Shown here piece by piece: positions 9,864-21,696 of a stretch of 64,000 bases of DNA. The notes beneath the pieces are model-generated. The model saw only the letters and a list, made by a program, of their open reading frames with translations, ran no database searches and had not been told where the DNA came from. The position numbers were made by a program, and so were the translations under genes. Every line of letters begins with the position of its first letter. The stretch's first letter is position 1. The stretch spans positions 160,001 to 224,000 of the forward strand of contig CAWDOQ010000002.1 in NCBI GenBank assembly GCA_963804085.1, written 5' to 3'. Source of the DNA: Chlamydiia bacterium. Lineage in GTDB: Bacteria > Chlamydiota > Chlamydiia > Chlamydiales > Rhabdochlamydiaceae.

Positions 9864-10949
9864 TTAAAGAGACAGATCTTCTATAGCACTCAGGACATCT
9901 TTAACGGGAAGGGTAAAGAGGCAATCGCTCTTTTTGCTTCCCCCGCACCCGTCTAAAAAGCAGGGACGGCAGGAGGTCTGTTTGGTGACAACGCGGCTTT
10001 CACGGTGCATCCAAGGCCCCCAGTTCTGTTCTGAGGTCGGACCGAAGAGAGCCACAACGGGCGCTTTTAATGCCGATGCAATATGAAGAGGTACAGAATC
10101 GACACAGATTAAACATTCGCTTTTTGCAATCAGTGCAGAGAGCTCTTTCAATGTTAGCTTACCGGCAAAGTTAACGATATTGACCTGCGGCACAAACCTT
10201 ATGATCTCATCGATCATTTTTTTCTCTTCTAGATCTGGTCCTGAAGAGAGAACGATCCGTTTGTTTCTTCTGTTTAGCTCAGTGATAAGCTCGGCAATAA
10301 AAGTGGCCGGAGGACATTTGAATTTCCAGCGAGATACCGGATGGAGCAGAAAGTAGCCGCCCTCTTTTAATCCCTCTTTTTGGAGCAGCTCTTGCACGCT
10401 CTTTTGCGCAGATTCCGGAACATGTAAAAACAAGGAGCGTTCTGCGGGTGCTGGAAAGATACCAATCTTTCGCAGCACATCGATCTGCCTTTCTACCGTA
10501 TGCCGCTCTGATGGGCAGGGCTTTACAATGTGCGTGTAGATCTTCTTTTTACCCTTCATCCCCTTGCCTTGCGGATCAAACCCTACGCGAAAACGCGCCC
10601 CCGAGACAAGTGCTGCGATCGCTCCCCTATCCCCTTCTGTCAGATTGAGGACAAGATCATATTTCCCTCTTTTTATCCTCAGTAAAAGCTGCGCTTCTTT
10701 CCAGAGCCTTTTCCACAAAGGAAGTTTTTTAACCCCTCGATCGTAAAGAATAAATTGAGAGATCGCCGGATGCCCTTCTAGCATCGGCAAAGTGTCCTGG
10801 TAGATAAAAGCATCGATCTGGACATCGGGAAGATTTTTTTTAAGAAGAGTGAAGATCGGCGAAGTGAGAAGCACATCTCCGTGATGGCGCATTTTAATGA
10901 CTAAAGCGCGCCTAACTTGGCTTAAATCTGGGTAGTTTCCATACGTCAT
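9864..10949 (-). CDS. rfaQ: LPS heptosyltransferase (GT9, RfaQ/WaaQ-like)
   Basis: HHGDVLLT, HPVSRWKFK, VDSVPLHIASAL, LFGPT...WGPW. Confidence 0.85.
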   Translation of the reverse strand: MTYGNYPDLSQVRRALVIKMRHHGDVLLTSPIFTLLKKNLPDVQIDAFIYQDTLPMLEGHPAISQFILYDRGVKKLPLWKRLWKEAQLLLRIKRGKYDLVLNLTEGDRGAIAALVSGARFRVGFDPQGKGMKGKKKIYTHIVKPCPSERHTVERQIDVLRKIGIFPAPAERSLFLHVPESAQKSVQELLQKEGLKEGGYFLLHPVSRWKFKCPPATFIAELITELNRRNKRIVLSSGPDLEEKKMIDEIIRFVPQVNIVNFAGKLTLKELSALIAKSECLICVDSVPLHIASALKAPVVALFGPTSEQNWGPWMHRESRVVTKQTSCRPCFLDGCGGSKKSDCLFTLPVKDVLSAIEDLSL

Positions 10950-11026
10950 GAAAAATTCTCCATGAGAAAAATCTAGCAGATCTCTATAATTAAAGGCTGT
11001 TTTAAATTTAATCTGGAGAAACAATT

Positions 11027-11452
11027 ATGGCCGTAGAACAAACACTGTCTATCATCAAGCCGGACGCCGTGGCTGCAAACAACATCGGCGCAATTTTAAG
11101 CCGTTTTGAAATCGCAGGATTAAAAATTGTCGGCGCCAAAATGGTGCGCCTCAACACAGAAAATGCAAAAGCTTTCTATGCTGTGCATGCGCATCGCCCA
11201 TTCTTTCAAGAGCTCGTCTCTTTTATGACGACAGGACCCATCCTTGCGATGGTGTTAGAAGGAGATGATGCCGTTGCTAAACACCGCACACTCATGGGCG
11301 CAACCAATCCCAAAGAAGCTGCCCCCGGCACCATCCGCGCAGACTTTGCCAAATCGATCGACAAGAACGCGATCCATGGCTCAGACAGCCGCGAGAATGC
11401 AAAAACCGAGGTGGCCTTCTTCTTCAAGCCCCACGAGATCTTCTCTCGGTAG
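11027..11452 (+). CDS. ndk: Nucleoside diphosphate kinase
   Basis: [26 protein letters not shown]. Confidence 0.97.
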   Translation: MAVEQTLSIIKPDAVAANNIGAILSRFEIAGLKIVGAKMVRLNTENAKAFYAVHAHRPFFQELVSFMTTGPILAMVLEGDDAVAKHRTLMGATNPKEAAPGTIRADFAKSIDKNAIHGSDSRENAKTEVAFFFKPHEIFSR

Positions 11453-11453
11453 C

Positions 11454-11837
11454 TTACTTTTTGAGTTCTTGCACTAAGGCTTCTGCGAGGTTTTTTACCT
11501 CTCTGAGATCTGCAGGAGAGATACGGTCAGGTCCGCTTCTAAGGAGGTTTTCTACTTTTTCAGTTAAAGCGTCTAACGTTACTTTAGCATCTCGTGGGAG
11601 CCCTGATTTCATCTGTTGGAGAATGCTGATATTTTCCATCATTTTATAAGTAAGTATTCGAATCTGACTGGCTCCTACTTGCGGATCGATTTTTCTATCT
11701 GCAATCTCCTCTTGTATCTTTGCTATCTCTTGAGCTTCATCTACAATTTTTTGAGCATATTTTTGAGCGCCTGGATTACCTTGATCTCCAACGCCTCTTA
11801 CATAACCTGGTCCTACCGGGGGAACGCCACCTACCAT
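11454..11837 (-). CDS. Small helical hypothetical protein with G/P-rich N-terminus
   Basis: 127-aa ORF, AT-rich, tail-to-tail with ndk. Confidence 0.7.
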   Translation of the reverse strand: MVGGVPPVGPGYVRGVGDQGNPGAQKYAQKIVDEAQEIAKIQEEIADRKIDPQVGASQIRILTYKMMENISILQQMKSGLPRDAKVTLDALTEKVENLLRSGPDRISPADLREVKNLAEALVQELKK

Positions 11838-11973
11838 AAAGCCTCTCTAAAAGTTTGTTGCCTATAGACAACCCTGTAAAATAAGGTGGGATAAAACACA
11901 AGGTTATTGGCTGGCGCAGGCGACGCGCTGCTCAAGAGCGCTTAGCTCTTTGCGACTTTGCCTTGAGATAGAG

Positions 11974-12440
11974 ATTCAACGCAAAGCCGCGATGACCCCA
12001 AGTCACAAAAACCCGCAAAGCAAAAATATCTAGCGATATTTTTGACTTTATGAAAGGAAGACAAAAGCGGGATTGCCACCCAAATCTTTGTACCACGAAG
12101 TGGTAACAAGCTGCGAAGCAGCGACAGGCGCTAGCCGTAGGTGACGAAGGAACCTACGGTCATGATATCCCTCATCTAAAAGAGCCACGCAAGTGGCGAC
12201 ACAATTTTGTTTCGCCACTTGCGTGGCTCTATGTAGTTGTGGGTAGATACCGGGGGTTCCCTTCGGTCACCCCCGGCTAACCTCTGTCGCTGCTACGCAG
12301 CTAAACACCGCTTCGCGGTTCAAAAATTTGAAGTAGCAATCCCGCCTTTTGCATTCCTTCCATAAAGTCACAAATATCTGCCGCAGGGCAGATATTTTTG
12401 CTTTGCGGCCTCTTCGCGACTTTGCGGCTTTGCGTTGAAT
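11974..12440. repeat. Multi-layer nested palindromic element
   Basis: Arm pairs ATTCAACGCAAAGCCGC/GCGGCTTTGCGTTGAAT, CCGCAAAGCAAAAATATCT/AGATATTTTTGCTTTGCGG, TGACTTTATG/CATAAAGTCA, AGCTGCGAAGCAGCGACAG/CTGTCGCTGCTACGCAGCT, AGAGCCACGCAAGTGGCGA/TCGCCACTTGCGTGGCTCT. Confidence 0.9.
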
Positions 12441-12450
12441 AAAAATTTCT

Positions 12451-14272
12451 TTAGCGTGGAGAGCCGCAGGCGACGCGCTCTTCAAGAGCGCTGAGCTCTT
12501 GCGAGATGCCCTTGGGAAGGTGGTGGCCAAAAAGAGGGAAGTAGTGCTCGAGCTCTTCGCACTCTTTTTTCCAGGCGTTCTGATCGATTTTAAATAGCTC
12601 CAGGTGCGCTTCTTTAGAGATAGAGAGGCCTGTCAGGTCTAAAGCTCCCTCTGCGGGGATGTAGCCGAGAGGAGACCTTGCTGCATGGTTTTTGCCTTGC
12701 GTCCTTTCGAAAATCCACTTTAAGACGCGGATGTTTTCGCCAAAACCGGGCCAGAGCCAGCTCCCATCTTGTGCTTTTCTAAACCAGTTCACATGGAAGA
12801 TGCGCGGCCGTTTCTCTTCTTGGATCTTCATCCCCATATCGAGCCAGTGTTGGAAGTAGTCGCCCATGTTGTAACCGCAAAAAGGGAGCATCGCAAAGGG
12901 ATCGTGCCGTAATTTTCCTACCTCTCCCTTGGCAGCAGCAGTCATCTCGGAAGAGACGCTCGCGCCAATGAATGTGCCATGCTGCCAATCAAATGCTTGG
13001 TAGACGAGAGGAACGCTTGTACTGCGTCTTCCTCCAAAAATAATCCCTGAAATGGGAACGCCTTTGGGATCATCCCATTTAGGATCGAGCACAGGACATT
13101 GTGAAAGAGCTGCTGTGAAGCGCGCATTAGGATGCGCAGCTTTTACTCCAAGCTCAGGAGTCCAGGGCTTGCCCATCCAAGAGGTCAGCTCTGGCGGAGG
13201 CACCTTTGTCATCCCCTCCCACCAGACATCTTTATCTGGCGTGAGCGCAACGTTGGTAAAAATGGTGTTCTTCTCAATCGTCCTCATCGCACTCGGATTG
13301 GAATCATAAGAGGTACCGGGCGCGACTCCGAAAAAGCCTGTTTCGGGATTAATCGCATAAAGCCGGCCATCTTCTCCTATTTTCATCCAGGCGATATCAT
13401 CGCCAACGCACTCTACCTTCCATCCCTTCAAGGTGGAATTCAGCATGGCGAGATTTGTTTTGCCGCATGCGCTTGGAAAGGCGGCGACAAAGTAGCGTTT
13501 TTCTCCCTCGGGATTCGTGATCCCCATGATGAGCATATGCTCTGCCATCCAACTCTCTTCTCTTGCCATGACGGAGGCGATACGCAAGGCAAAACACTTT
13601 TTGCCTAAAAGTGCGTTTCCTCCATAACCGCTGCCAAACGACCAGATGCTCTTCTCTTCGGGAAAGTGGACGATTGCGCGTTTTTGTGGATTGCAAGGCC
13701 AGGGCATATCTTTTTGGCCGCTCTCAAGAGGAACGCCGACCGAGTGCATGCACAGGAACAAAAAAGTCGTTTTTTAGCACATCGAGCGCCCGTTTTCCCA
13801 TGCGCGTCATGATCTTCATGCTGCAGACAACATAGGGCGAGTCGGTGATCTGCACGCCGATGTGAGAGATCTTGGAGCCGAGCGGCCCCATGCTAAACGG
13901 CATGACATACATCGTTCTGCCGCGCATACATCCTTTAAAAAGCGTTTTTAGATGCGCCTTCATCTCTTGTGGATCTTTCCAATTATTGGTAGGGCCCGCC
14001 TCCTCTTTTGTGCGCGAGCAGATAAAGGTCGACTCTTCTACGCGCGCAACATCGTCAGGATGGGAATGGCACCAGAAGGATCCGGGTCTTTTTTGAGGAT
14101 TGAGCGGGACGAAGACCCCTTGTTTTACAAGCTGGTCACATAAACTCTTGTACTCTTCTTCGGAGCCATCACAGAGATAAAGGGAGGAGGGGTTGCATAA
14201 GGAGACGGCTTCTTCGACCCAACGGATGAGATCTTGGTTGGTGGTCCAAGCTGTAAGATTGTCATGCGCCAT
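12451..14272 (-). CDS. pckG: Phosphoenolpyruvate carboxykinase (GTP); apparent one-base frameshift near 13750-13765
   Basis: [46 protein letters not shown]; two overlapping ORFs together make one full-length protein. Confidence 0.93.
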
Positions 14273-14287
14273 TTAAAAGACCTCAGA

Positions 14288-14359
14288 GAAACGACCAAAA
14301 GGACCTAAGGGACCAAAAGGACCTAAACGACAAAAAATTACTGTCCTTTAGGTCGTTTC
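14288..14359. repeat. GGACC/GACCTAA short repeat with inverted arm
   Basis: GACCAAAAGGACCTAA occurs twice, followed by TTTAGGTCGTTTC, which is complementary to the left end. Confidence 0.6.
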
Positions 14360-14370
14360 TTCAACGCTCA

Positions 14371-15471
14371 CTAGAGCATCGATTTGCGTTTCTTAAACTT
14401 ATCCAGATATTCAAGAGCTTTTCCTGTGCCCATGCAGACTGCAAGAAGCGGGCTAGGAGCAACGATAACAGGAAGACCGGTCTCTTTGATAAGCGCCTTG
14501 TCCAAGCCTTTGATGAGAGCGCCGCCGCCTGCCATTACCATCCCTCTTTCGACGAGATCTGCTGCAAGTTCGGGCGGGCATTTTTCTAGCGTGAGCTTGA
14601 CACCTTCGATGATCTGCTGAAGCGGCTCGGCAAGACACTCGCGGATTTCGACAGAGTTGATTCGTTTTGTGACAGGAAGGCCTGCCACCTGATCTCTTCC
14701 TCGCACCTCCATCTCCAGCTCGTTGTCTCCGAGCGGATAGGCAGAGCCGATGATCATCTTGATCTCTTCGGCAGTGCGTGGTCCAATCATTAAATTATAG
14801 GTTCTACGCATGTAGTTGACGATGCACTCGTCAAACTCATCCCCTGCAATGCGAAGTGAGCGTGATTCGACGATACCACCCAAAGAGATGATAGCGATCT
14901 CGGTTGTTCCACCCCCGATGTCGATGATCATAGTGCCAGAAGGCTCATGCACAGGAAGATCGACGCCGATCGCAGCTGCCATAGGCTCTTCGATGAGAAT
15001 TACCTCTTGGGCCCCGGCTCTTAAGGCAGAGTCTTCGACTGCGCGCTTCTCAACTCCTGTGATCCCCGAAGGGACAGCGATCAGGATCTTAGGACGAAAT
15101 AGTGTGCGAGCAGGAGTGACGCGCTTGATCAGCGCTTTTAACATCCCTTCTGCGATCTCAAAGTCGGCGATCACCCCATCTTTCATGGGGCGTACAGCAT
15201 GGATTTTGCGTGGAGTTTTACCGAGCATCGCTTTGGCTTTATGGCCCACTGCGAGCACTTCGTTTGTCGTCGTGTCGACTGCAACGACAGAGGGTTCGGC
15301 AAGTACGATGCCTTTACCACGGACGTAGATAAGCGTGTTGGCTGTACCCAAGTCGATACCGATATCACTCGAAAAGAGTCCCGATACTTGACCGCATTTA
15401 TCGAGGATGCTTCTTCCGAATTGTCCTACCAATCCCGGTAGATTCAACTGGCCTGATTTATTTTTGCTCAT
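14371..15471 (-). CDS. mreB: Rod shape-determining protein MreB
   Basis: [34 protein letters not shown]. Confidence 0.97.
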   Translation of the reverse strand: MSKNKSGQLNLPGLVGQFGRSILDKCGQVSGLFSSDIGIDLGTANTLIYVRGKGIVLAEPSVVAVDTTTNEVLAVGHKAKAMLGKTPRKIHAVRPMKDGVIADFEIAEGMLKALIKRVTPARTLFRPKILIAVPSGITGVEKRAVEDSALRAGAQEVILIEEPMAAAIGVDLPVHEPSGTMIIDIGGGTTEIAIISLGGIVESRSLRIAGDEFDECIVNYMRRTYNLMIGPRTAEEIKMIIGSAYPLGDNELEMEVRGRDQVAGLPVTKRINSVEIRECLAEPLQQIIEGVKLTLEKCPPELAADLVERGMVMAGGGALIKGLDKALIKETGLPVIVAPSPLLAVCMGTGKALEYLDKFKKRKSML

Positions 15472-15482
15472 AAAAAAAATTT

Positions 15483-18400
15483 TTAAGTCTTAAGCAGCTC
15501 TAACACATCTTCCCATGTGAGCTTTGCTATGGCCTCATCATCGCAACTTACGATTTTCTTGACTAATCCTTTTTTCCTCTTCTGCATCTCGGCGATCTTC
15601 TCTTCGATCGTATTTAGGGTGATCAGCTTATAGGCAGAAACAGAGTTTTTCTGGCCCATTCTATGGACACGGTCGGTTGCCTGATTTTCTACAGCAGGGT
15701 TCCACCACATGTCGTAATGGATCACAGTATCTGCTCCCACAAGGTTGAGGCCGGTGCCCCCTGCTTTAAGAGAAACTAAGAAAACCGGGATGGTCTGATC
15801 TTCATTAAATGTTTTAACAACCTCTAAGCGGTTTTTGCTCGAACCGTCCAAATATAGAAAACGTATCCCTTTTTGTTCAAAGTCTTCTCGCATGATCTGG
15901 AGCATACGCGTGTATTGACTGAAGATCACCGTCTTGTGTTTGCCTTCGATCAGCGTCTGCAAAAGATCGAGTAGCATATCATATTTTGCCGAGTCGCCCG
16001 GCTCTGCTTTCTCTTTAGCAAAAATTGCGGGGTGGCAGCAGATCTGCTTCAAGCGTGTAAGCGTAGCAAGCACATGTATCTGGACACGATCAAACCCATC
16101 TCTTTGCACCAGCTTGACCAGCTCATCCCTTGCCGATGCGGCATAGGAACGGTAGAGCTCTTGCTGCACTTGTGAGAGCTGACAGTGGTAGACGATCTCG
16201 GAGACGGGAGGAAGATCTTGCAGCACATCGCTCTTCATCCTGCGCAAAATGAAGGGAGAGACCTTCTTGCGCAAGTATTCGAGGTTTTTTGTCTGCTCCG
16301 TACCCGATAGACGTATATATTTTTCGACAAAGCGGTCGTAGCTGCTCAGAAAGCCCGGCATCAAGAAGTCGAAAAGACTCCAGAGCTCATCCAAAGAGTT
16401 TTCGATTGGCGTACCCGATAAGATCAGCCTATGCTCTGCAGGGACCATCTTGACAGATTTTGCGTTGCGCGTGCCGCGATTTTTGATGTGCTGCGCCTCA
16501 TCCAAAATCACGTAGGTAAAGGTGTGCGTTTTGTAGCTTTCGATATCTTTTTGTAGAAGCGTGTAGGAGGTGATCGCCACATCGCACTCATCCAGGTTAT
16601 CGATCAGCTTCTTTCTCTGGTTGGGCACCCCATCGACCACAAGAGTCTTAAGGTGTGAGTTAAACTTGCAAAACTCCTCCTTCCAGTTGTAGAGAAGAGA
16701 GGTAGGACAGACGATTAAAGAGAGCTTCTTTTTCTTAGATTGCAGCTGCGAGATTGCGACAATCGCTTGGAGTGTTTTTCCAAGGCCCATGTCATCTGCC
16801 AAAATCCCGTTCAAATACATCGTGCGAAGGCGCTCCAACCAACGCACCCCTTCGCTTTGATACGTGCGGAGTGTCGCCTTGACCTGCGTAGGCACTTCAG
16901 AGAACGAGAACTGCTTCTCTCCCAGCATCTGCTTGCGGATATCGACCAATCTATCCGAGATCGAGAATGTGATCGGCAGCCCAACAAATGAGGAGGCGTC
17001 GATGCTAGCTAGACTCCAAAGAGGCCTTTCGAGCTTATGCTCGTCCAAAACTGTAATACCTAGCTCATCGAAAATTTGGACGATGCCGCCGATGCGCTCC
17101 AAATCGAGCACCAGAATCTTGGGCATCTTATTCCCCTCAGGCGCTTTCTTAGTCTTGGCCTTGGGGGTCTCAACCTCGATGAAGGCTCTTTTCGAAGCCA
17201 TGCACTCCCAGAGAAGATCGAGCTTAACCCCTTTGAGGGCGCCCTGTACTTTTAGGTCGATCTCGTAGACATCTACTCGCTCAGAGGCTTCAAGATGCAT
17301 CTTGAACTTTGTCTGATCGTAAATGAACTGATCGAGCAGATTTTGCGGACAGTTAAATTTAACTCTGCTTTGGTTGCGCGGGATCACCTCTGTCATAAAT
17401 TCGACAATTTTCTTGTCCGATTTGGCGACATAAACTCCCGTTTCCGGATTGAAAATAAAGTCTTGAAAGAGATCTTCGATGATACGCCTCTCTTCAACCA
17501 GATTGCGTGCCAAAATACCTTGAGGAGTGACAAAAGTGGATACATCGTCATAGCGCAGCTGGTTTGCAGCTACAGGAATATCATTTCCGTCGTAAATGAA
17601 GTGGAGCTGAGCATCCAACTCCCCATTTAAGTAGGTGAGGTCGCAGCGCGCCTCAACATTGCCGACAAATGGGAGCGTGACAAAGTCCTCCATCATGTGT
17701 GGATTGGCAACTTCTGCAAAACGCAAGAGCTCAGGCATAGAATTTTCTACAAAAGTGCCAAAGAGCGGCTCCGGTAGCGTGATCTCGCGGATCGGGAGGA
17801 GGTTGCGCAAATGAAGGCGCGTGATTTGAGGAGCAAACCGGTAGTAGGCCCCCTTATGGAGCATGCCAGGTTTAGCACACTCAAAAAAGCGCGCGTCTTC
17901 CAGCTGAATCACATTGCCCTCTACCATTAGAGTAGGGTTCATCAGCATCTTGGTGGTAGGTGGCGGGATATATTCTAAGAAGAAACGGATCGTAGTCGGG
18001 TGCACAGAGAAACGCAGAGGCGTCTCCAAGCTCCCCTCATATAGTCCAGGTAGAATCGGAAGCTCCTCATCCCCTTGCGAAAAAGCAGGTTTTGCAGTGG
18101 TAAGAGAGATCTTATCAAAAACTTTAGCCAGAATCATCCCAAAAACTTCTGGGTCGATATGAGCCGCGCGCTGCGCCTTTTCCGTGGGTGCGCTCTCTGT
18201 AAAGCGAGCATGCTCCATCACAACCTGCACAATCTCTTTTTGCGCTCCTTCAAAAGAGTCGATCGAAAAACGGTAGCGCTTGCTTCCAATAAAGAGCGGC
18301 TCTTCATAGCGCACCCCTTCTAAAAACTGGCGCACATTGGGAATATGTAGTGGTTTGGAACGAAACGGGAGGCGAAGAGCGACCTGGATCTCTATCCCAT

Positions 18401-18986
18401 TTTTTGACTCCTTCTCTCTTTCCGTGGAGGCAGGCAGGGTAAAGACAAGAGCAAATTCGGCGCGATCGGTCTCAAATTTTTCTATAGGGCGGAAGAAGGG
18501 CGATACAGAAAGAAGTTCGGAAGAGGCGATATACTCCTGTAAAAGCTGTTTTTGAAACTGCTCTTCTTGGCGCAGAACCTCTTTACTCTCTGCCTCTTTA
18601 ATTTTTTTGATTAACTTTGCTTTTTCTTCTGCATCAAAATCGCTCTCGTCGTCCAGCTCTTTTAGATCATTCTCCTTAGAAAAAGCGACAAGGATTTTGT
18701 CGATATGTTCTTCTAAATAAAACAAGAGAGCTGCCAGATGGTTGCAATCGTAGTTATAAGGACAGTCGCAATCAGAGTCGGTAAGCTCGCACTCCTGCCT
18801 ATCAATCTCAATCTCACACTCGTAGCTATTCTCATACTGGCTTAAAATACGCCCCGAAATGCGCATCGACCGGCTATCCAAATGGAGAAGCTTGGCGGAG
18901 ACAACTTTCTTTTTTTCAAAGAGCTCTTTACCCTCTTTTACGATGGTGGAAGCAAAATCTTGTTTTAACTTACGAAAATTTAACAT
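15483..18986 (-). CDS. SWIM-domain SNF2/SWI2 family helicase (CT708-like)
   Basis: CDCP...CNH SWIM finger, [33 protein letters not shown]; chlamydial synteny with mreB and tig. Confidence 0.93.
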   Translation of the reverse strand: MLNFRKLKQDFASTIVKEGKELFEKKKVVSAKLLHLDSRSMRISGRILSQYENSYECEIEIDRQECELTDSDCDCPYNYDCNHLAALLFYLEEHIDKILVAFSKENDLKELDDESDFDAEEKAKLIKKIKEAESKEVLRQEEQFQKQLLQEYIASSELLSVSPFFRPIEKFETDRAEFALVFTLPASTEREKESKNGIEIQVALRLPFRSKPLHIPNVRQFLEGVRYEEPLFIGSKRYRFSIDSFEGAQKEIVQVVMEHARFTESAPTEKAQRAAHIDPEVFGMILAKVFDKISLTTAKPAFSQGDEELPILPGLYEGSLETPLRFSVHPTTIRFFLEYIPPPTTKMLMNPTLMVEGNVIQLEDARFFECAKPGMLHKGAYYRFAPQITRLHLRNLLPIREITLPEPLFGTFVENSMPELLRFAEVANPHMMEDFVTLPFVGNVEARCDLTYLNGELDAQLHFIYDGNDIPVAANQLRYDDVSTFVTPQGILARNLVEERRIIEDLFQDFIFNPETGVYVAKSDKKIVEFMTEVIPRNQSRVKFNCPQNLLDQFIYDQTKFKMHLEASERVDVYEIDLKVQGALKGVKLDLLWECMASKRAFIEVETPKAKTKKAPEGNKMPKILVLDLERIGGIVQIFDELGITVLDEHKLERPLWSLASIDASSFVGLPITFSISDRLVDIRKQMLGEKQFSFSEVPTQVKATLRTYQSEGVRWLERLRTMYLNGILADDMGLGKTLQAIVAISQLQSKKKKLSLIVCPTSLLYNWKEEFCKFNSHLKTLVVDGVPNQRKKLIDNLDECDVAITSYTLLQKDIESYKTHTFTYVILDEAQHIKNRGTRNAKSVKMVPAEHRLILSGTPIENSLDELWSLFDFLMPGFLSSYDRFVEKYIRLSGTEQTKNLEYLRKKVSPFILRRMKSDVLQDLPPVSEIVYHCQLSQVQQELYRSYAASARDELVKLVQRDGFDRVQIHVLATLTRLKQICCHPAIFAKEKAEPGDSAKYDMLLDLLQTLIEGKHKTVIFSQYTRMLQIMREDFEQKGIRFLYLDGSSKNRLEVVKTFNEDQTIPVFLVSLKAGGTGLNLVGADTVIHYDMWWNPAVENQATDRVHRMGQKNSVSAYKLITLNTIEEKIAEMQKRKKGLVKKIVSCDDEAIAKLTWEDVLELLKT

Positions 18987-19108
18987 GACCTTAAGGATTT
19001 TTGAGTTTCACTGCTTTTTACAGTTTTTCTTTAACTCGTGCAACAAAAAAGCAAAAAAAGGATGAAAAAAAAGATATCACCGATTATCTTTTCCAATTTG
19101 CGCATCTT

Positions 19109-19180
19109 GCGGGTGTAGCTCAGTGGTAGAGCATCACGTTGCCAACGTGAGGGTCGTGAGTTCGAGCCTCATCACCCGCT
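19109..19180 (+). tRNA. tRNA-Gly(GCC)
   Basis: GCGGGTGTAGCTCAGTGGTAGAGCATCACGTTGCCAACGTGAGGGTCGTGAGTTCGAGCCTCATCACCCGCT cloverleaf, anticodon GCC. Confidence 0.96.
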
Positions 19181-19213
19181 AATTTTATTCAAAGTAAGGA
19201 TTTAGGGAACATT

Positions 19214-20575
19214 ATGGCAAAAAAGGAACAAGCGCACAAAGAAGTAGCGCCAAAAGAAGAAGCACAGGTGGTCGCACAAGAATTTTCAAATGATCAAGTG
19301 CGATTGCTCATCCATCGCAAGCCTCATTGCCGTGTAGAGTTTGAAGTAGAAGCCTCTCCCTCTCTTGTGCAAGAAGCACACAAAAAAGCAGTTAAGCGCC
19401 TTGCAAAAGAAGTAACGCTGCCGGGCTTTCGTAAAGGTAAAGCGCCCGATGAGATGATCCTCTCCAAATATCCGAACGAACTCGACAAAGAGTGGCAAGA
19501 AGCGATCGCAGATTTTGCTTTTAGACAGTGCATGCAGCTCGCACAAATCCCACTTTTGCACAAAGATTCGCGCGTCACATTTAAAATGATCAACCACTCA
19601 AAACAGGGCGCTAAACTCACGCTCACCTTTGAGACAGAGCCCGTACTTCCGGTGGTCGATCCCAAAAAGATCCAATTAAAAGCAGTGCCAAGACCCGAAG
19701 TAAATGAAGAGAAGGTCGAAGAGACGATCCGCCAAGTACGCCTCTTTTTTGCCACCTGGACACAAGTAAACGATCGCGCAGCAAAAGAAAAAGATTTTGT
19801 CCTTCTTGATGTCGATGTGATTGAAGAAGAGCCTCCCTTAAAACTCTTTTCTAACACACGCTTTGAAGTCACACACAAATCGATGGCAGAGTGGATGCGC
19901 AAACTCGTCCTCGGCATGAAGCCCGGAGAATCCAGAGAAGGCGTAAGCGTTGCCGATGAGAATGCAAAGCCGGAAGAAAAAGAGAGCTTCAAACCCAAAA
20001 AAGTGCGCATCACCTTAAAGGCGATCGAGCACGCGGAAGCACCACCACTTGATGATGCACTTGCTCAAAAACTCGGCGTCGCCAATCTAGAAGACCTACG
20101 CAACTCACTCACCAACCATTTAAATAAGCAAGCGGATGACCACGTGCGTGAAAAGATGCGCGAGCAGGTAAGCGAGGCTCTCCTCACTAAATTCCCCTTT
20201 GATCTTCCCCCATCGCTCATCGAAAAAGAGGCCCACTTCCGCATGAGACAGCTCATGCAAGATGCCGATTTCCAAAAACACTGGAATACGATGCCGGAAG
20301 AAGAGCGCAAAAAGATGGTCGAGTCTATCTACATACAATCTGAAAAGGCGATCCGCATGTTCTACCTCTGCCGTAAGATCATCGCAGATGCCAAACTCAC
20401 CATCACCGCCCAAGATATGCCGAAACCCGCATCAACCCCCTTGGAGGCGCTCCTCTCCCCCAATAGCCAGCCGCATCTCCCCGAGCACTCCGAAGTCCGC
20501 CAAGCCGAGATCTATTCCAAGCTCGTGCTCGAGAAGGCTGAGGACTATCTCATTCAGCATGCTAACGTAGAGTAA
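19214..20575 (+). CDS. tig: Trigger factor
   Basis: PGFRKGKAP ribosome-binding motif; lies upstream of clpP-clpX. Confidence 0.93.
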   Translation: MAKKEQAHKEVAPKEEAQVVAQEFSNDQVRLLIHRKPHCRVEFEVEASPSLVQEAHKKAVKRLAKEVTLPGFRKGKAPDEMILSKYPNELDKEWQEAIADFAFRQCMQLAQIPLLHKDSRVTFKMINHSKQGAKLTLTFETEPVLPVVDPKKIQLKAVPRPEVNEEKVEETIRQVRLFFATWTQVNDRAAKEKDFVLLDVDVIEEEPPLKLFSNTRFEVTHKSMAEWMRKLVLGMKPGESREGVSVADENAKPEEKESFKPKKVRITLKAIEHAEAPPLDDALAQKLGVANLEDLRNSLTNHLNKQADDHVREKMREQVSEALLTKFPFDLPPSLIEKEAHFRMRQLMQDADFQKHWNTMPEEERKKMVESIYIQSEKAIRMFYLCRKIIADAKLTITAQDMPKPASTPLEALLSPNSQPHLPEHSEVRQAEIYSKLVLEKAEDYLIQHANVE

Positions 20576-20589
20576 TAGACATCTCTTCC

Positions 20590-20653
20590 TTACGCGACGC
20601 GCCCGCTTCCGCGCCCGATCCGGATTAATTCGGGCGCGCATGCGGGCGCGTAA
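20590..20653. repeat. GCGCCC/GGGCGC palindromic repeat
   Basis: GCGCCCGCTTCCGCGCCCGATCCGGATTAATTCGGGCGCGCATGCGGGCGCG; near-identical core at 29589-29669. Confidence 0.85.
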
Positions 20654-20659
20654 AAGAGA

Positions 20660-21547
20660 TCAAGAGAAAAACGAAAGGCACCAACGGATAAAAGAGCTGA
20701 GTTTTTCGCAAAGAGAGGAGCAGATCTGGGACAAGGTTGCTGCCCAAGAGTCTTCAGCCGTCTTGCTTTCTTGGAAAAGGGCTTCCTCTAGTTCGGTATT
20801 TACAAAGAGAGCGGATACAATTCTGCAAGCATCTCTTTCTCTTTTTACATCAACACCAAGTGCAATTGGATCGCGAAGATCTGCGTTGATAATTTCGCAC
20901 ACTTGCTGACACATTTTGCGCTTTTGCATAGCGCTCTTATCGAGAATTAAACGATCTTGAGAAACATAACCCGCCATTAGCTGCACAAGAGGAGGAGGAA
21001 GGATAGCTGCTCTTGAAAAGTGCTGCTCAAGCTTTTCTCGCTCTTGCGCACTATCGATAAGCTCTGATGCTTGCACAAACTTCTCAGGATTGTGTACGAG
21101 GCTTTTATTCCCATTAGCTCTCTTTTCTACAAACCATTTTTGACCGAGTTTGAGTAAGAACAAGGGCTCTTGCCCAGGAAATTTAATGAGCATCCCCTCA
21201 TCCATATCCGTTTGATCAAGAATCAGGCGGGTAGCAAGGGTTCTGACACGAGTAAAATCTTCAGGGAACCCAAAGCAGCCTATGTGAGGTATAGCGGAAT
21301 TAATCTCGGTGTTCCAGCGACTAGGAATTTGATCAAATAGCACACTGCCACCAAAAATACCCACTTTGACCATCGTCTCTTGGAACTCTTCACTCCAAAT
21401 GACTTGTTTGACATCCCTAGAAATATCTTCCAACTCATAGTGTTGGTGGTCCAAAACAATTCTTTGTCCATGAGCCTGGAAATAGGCGCGCCAATCTGCT
21501 TTATCCCATTGTAAATAATTTTTTGCTGATTCAATGTTGTGTGTCAT
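20660..21547 (-). CDS. Orphan hypothetical protein inserted between tig and clpP
   Basis: About 295-aa ORF, lower GC, AT-rich upstream region, C-terminal Cys-containing amphipathic segment. Confidence 0.75.
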   Translation of the reverse strand: MTHNIESAKNYLQWDKADWRAYFQAHGQRIVLDHQHYELEDISRDVKQVIWSEEFQETMVKVGIFGGSVLFDQIPSRWNTEINSAIPHIGCFGFPEDFTRVRTLATRLILDQTDMDEGMLIKFPGQEPLFLLKLGQKWFVEKRANGNKSLVHNPEKFVQASELIDSAQEREKLEQHFSRAAILPPPLVQLMAGYVSQDRLILDKSAMQKRKMCQQVCEIINADLRDPIALGVDVKRERDACRIVSALFVNTELEEALFQESKTAEDSWAATLSQICSSLCEKLSSFIRWCLSFFS

Positions 21548-21696
21548 AATTAGCAGCAATTTTAATAAATTTTAGCGTATTAATACAGTAAAATAATAAT
21601 TATTTGCTTGACGACCAACATGCTAGCGCGGAGTAATCTTTTTTGGTGCGACGACTTATTGTTCATTGCACTCCAAAAAAGAGGCCCGTAAGAATC

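Noticed and set aside
13724-13765. pckG inactivation
   Set aside because: Single extra base beside T-runs, with both halves otherwise intact; most likely an indel error.
15483-18986. Two SNF2 helicases as a novel defence system
   Set aside because: Two such helicases are ordinary conserved chlamydial genes, and this one is in its usual synteny.
19324-20013. Long antisense ORFs over tig, mreB, clpP and cdsN
   Set aside because: Shadow ORFs of well-supported genes on the opposite strand.
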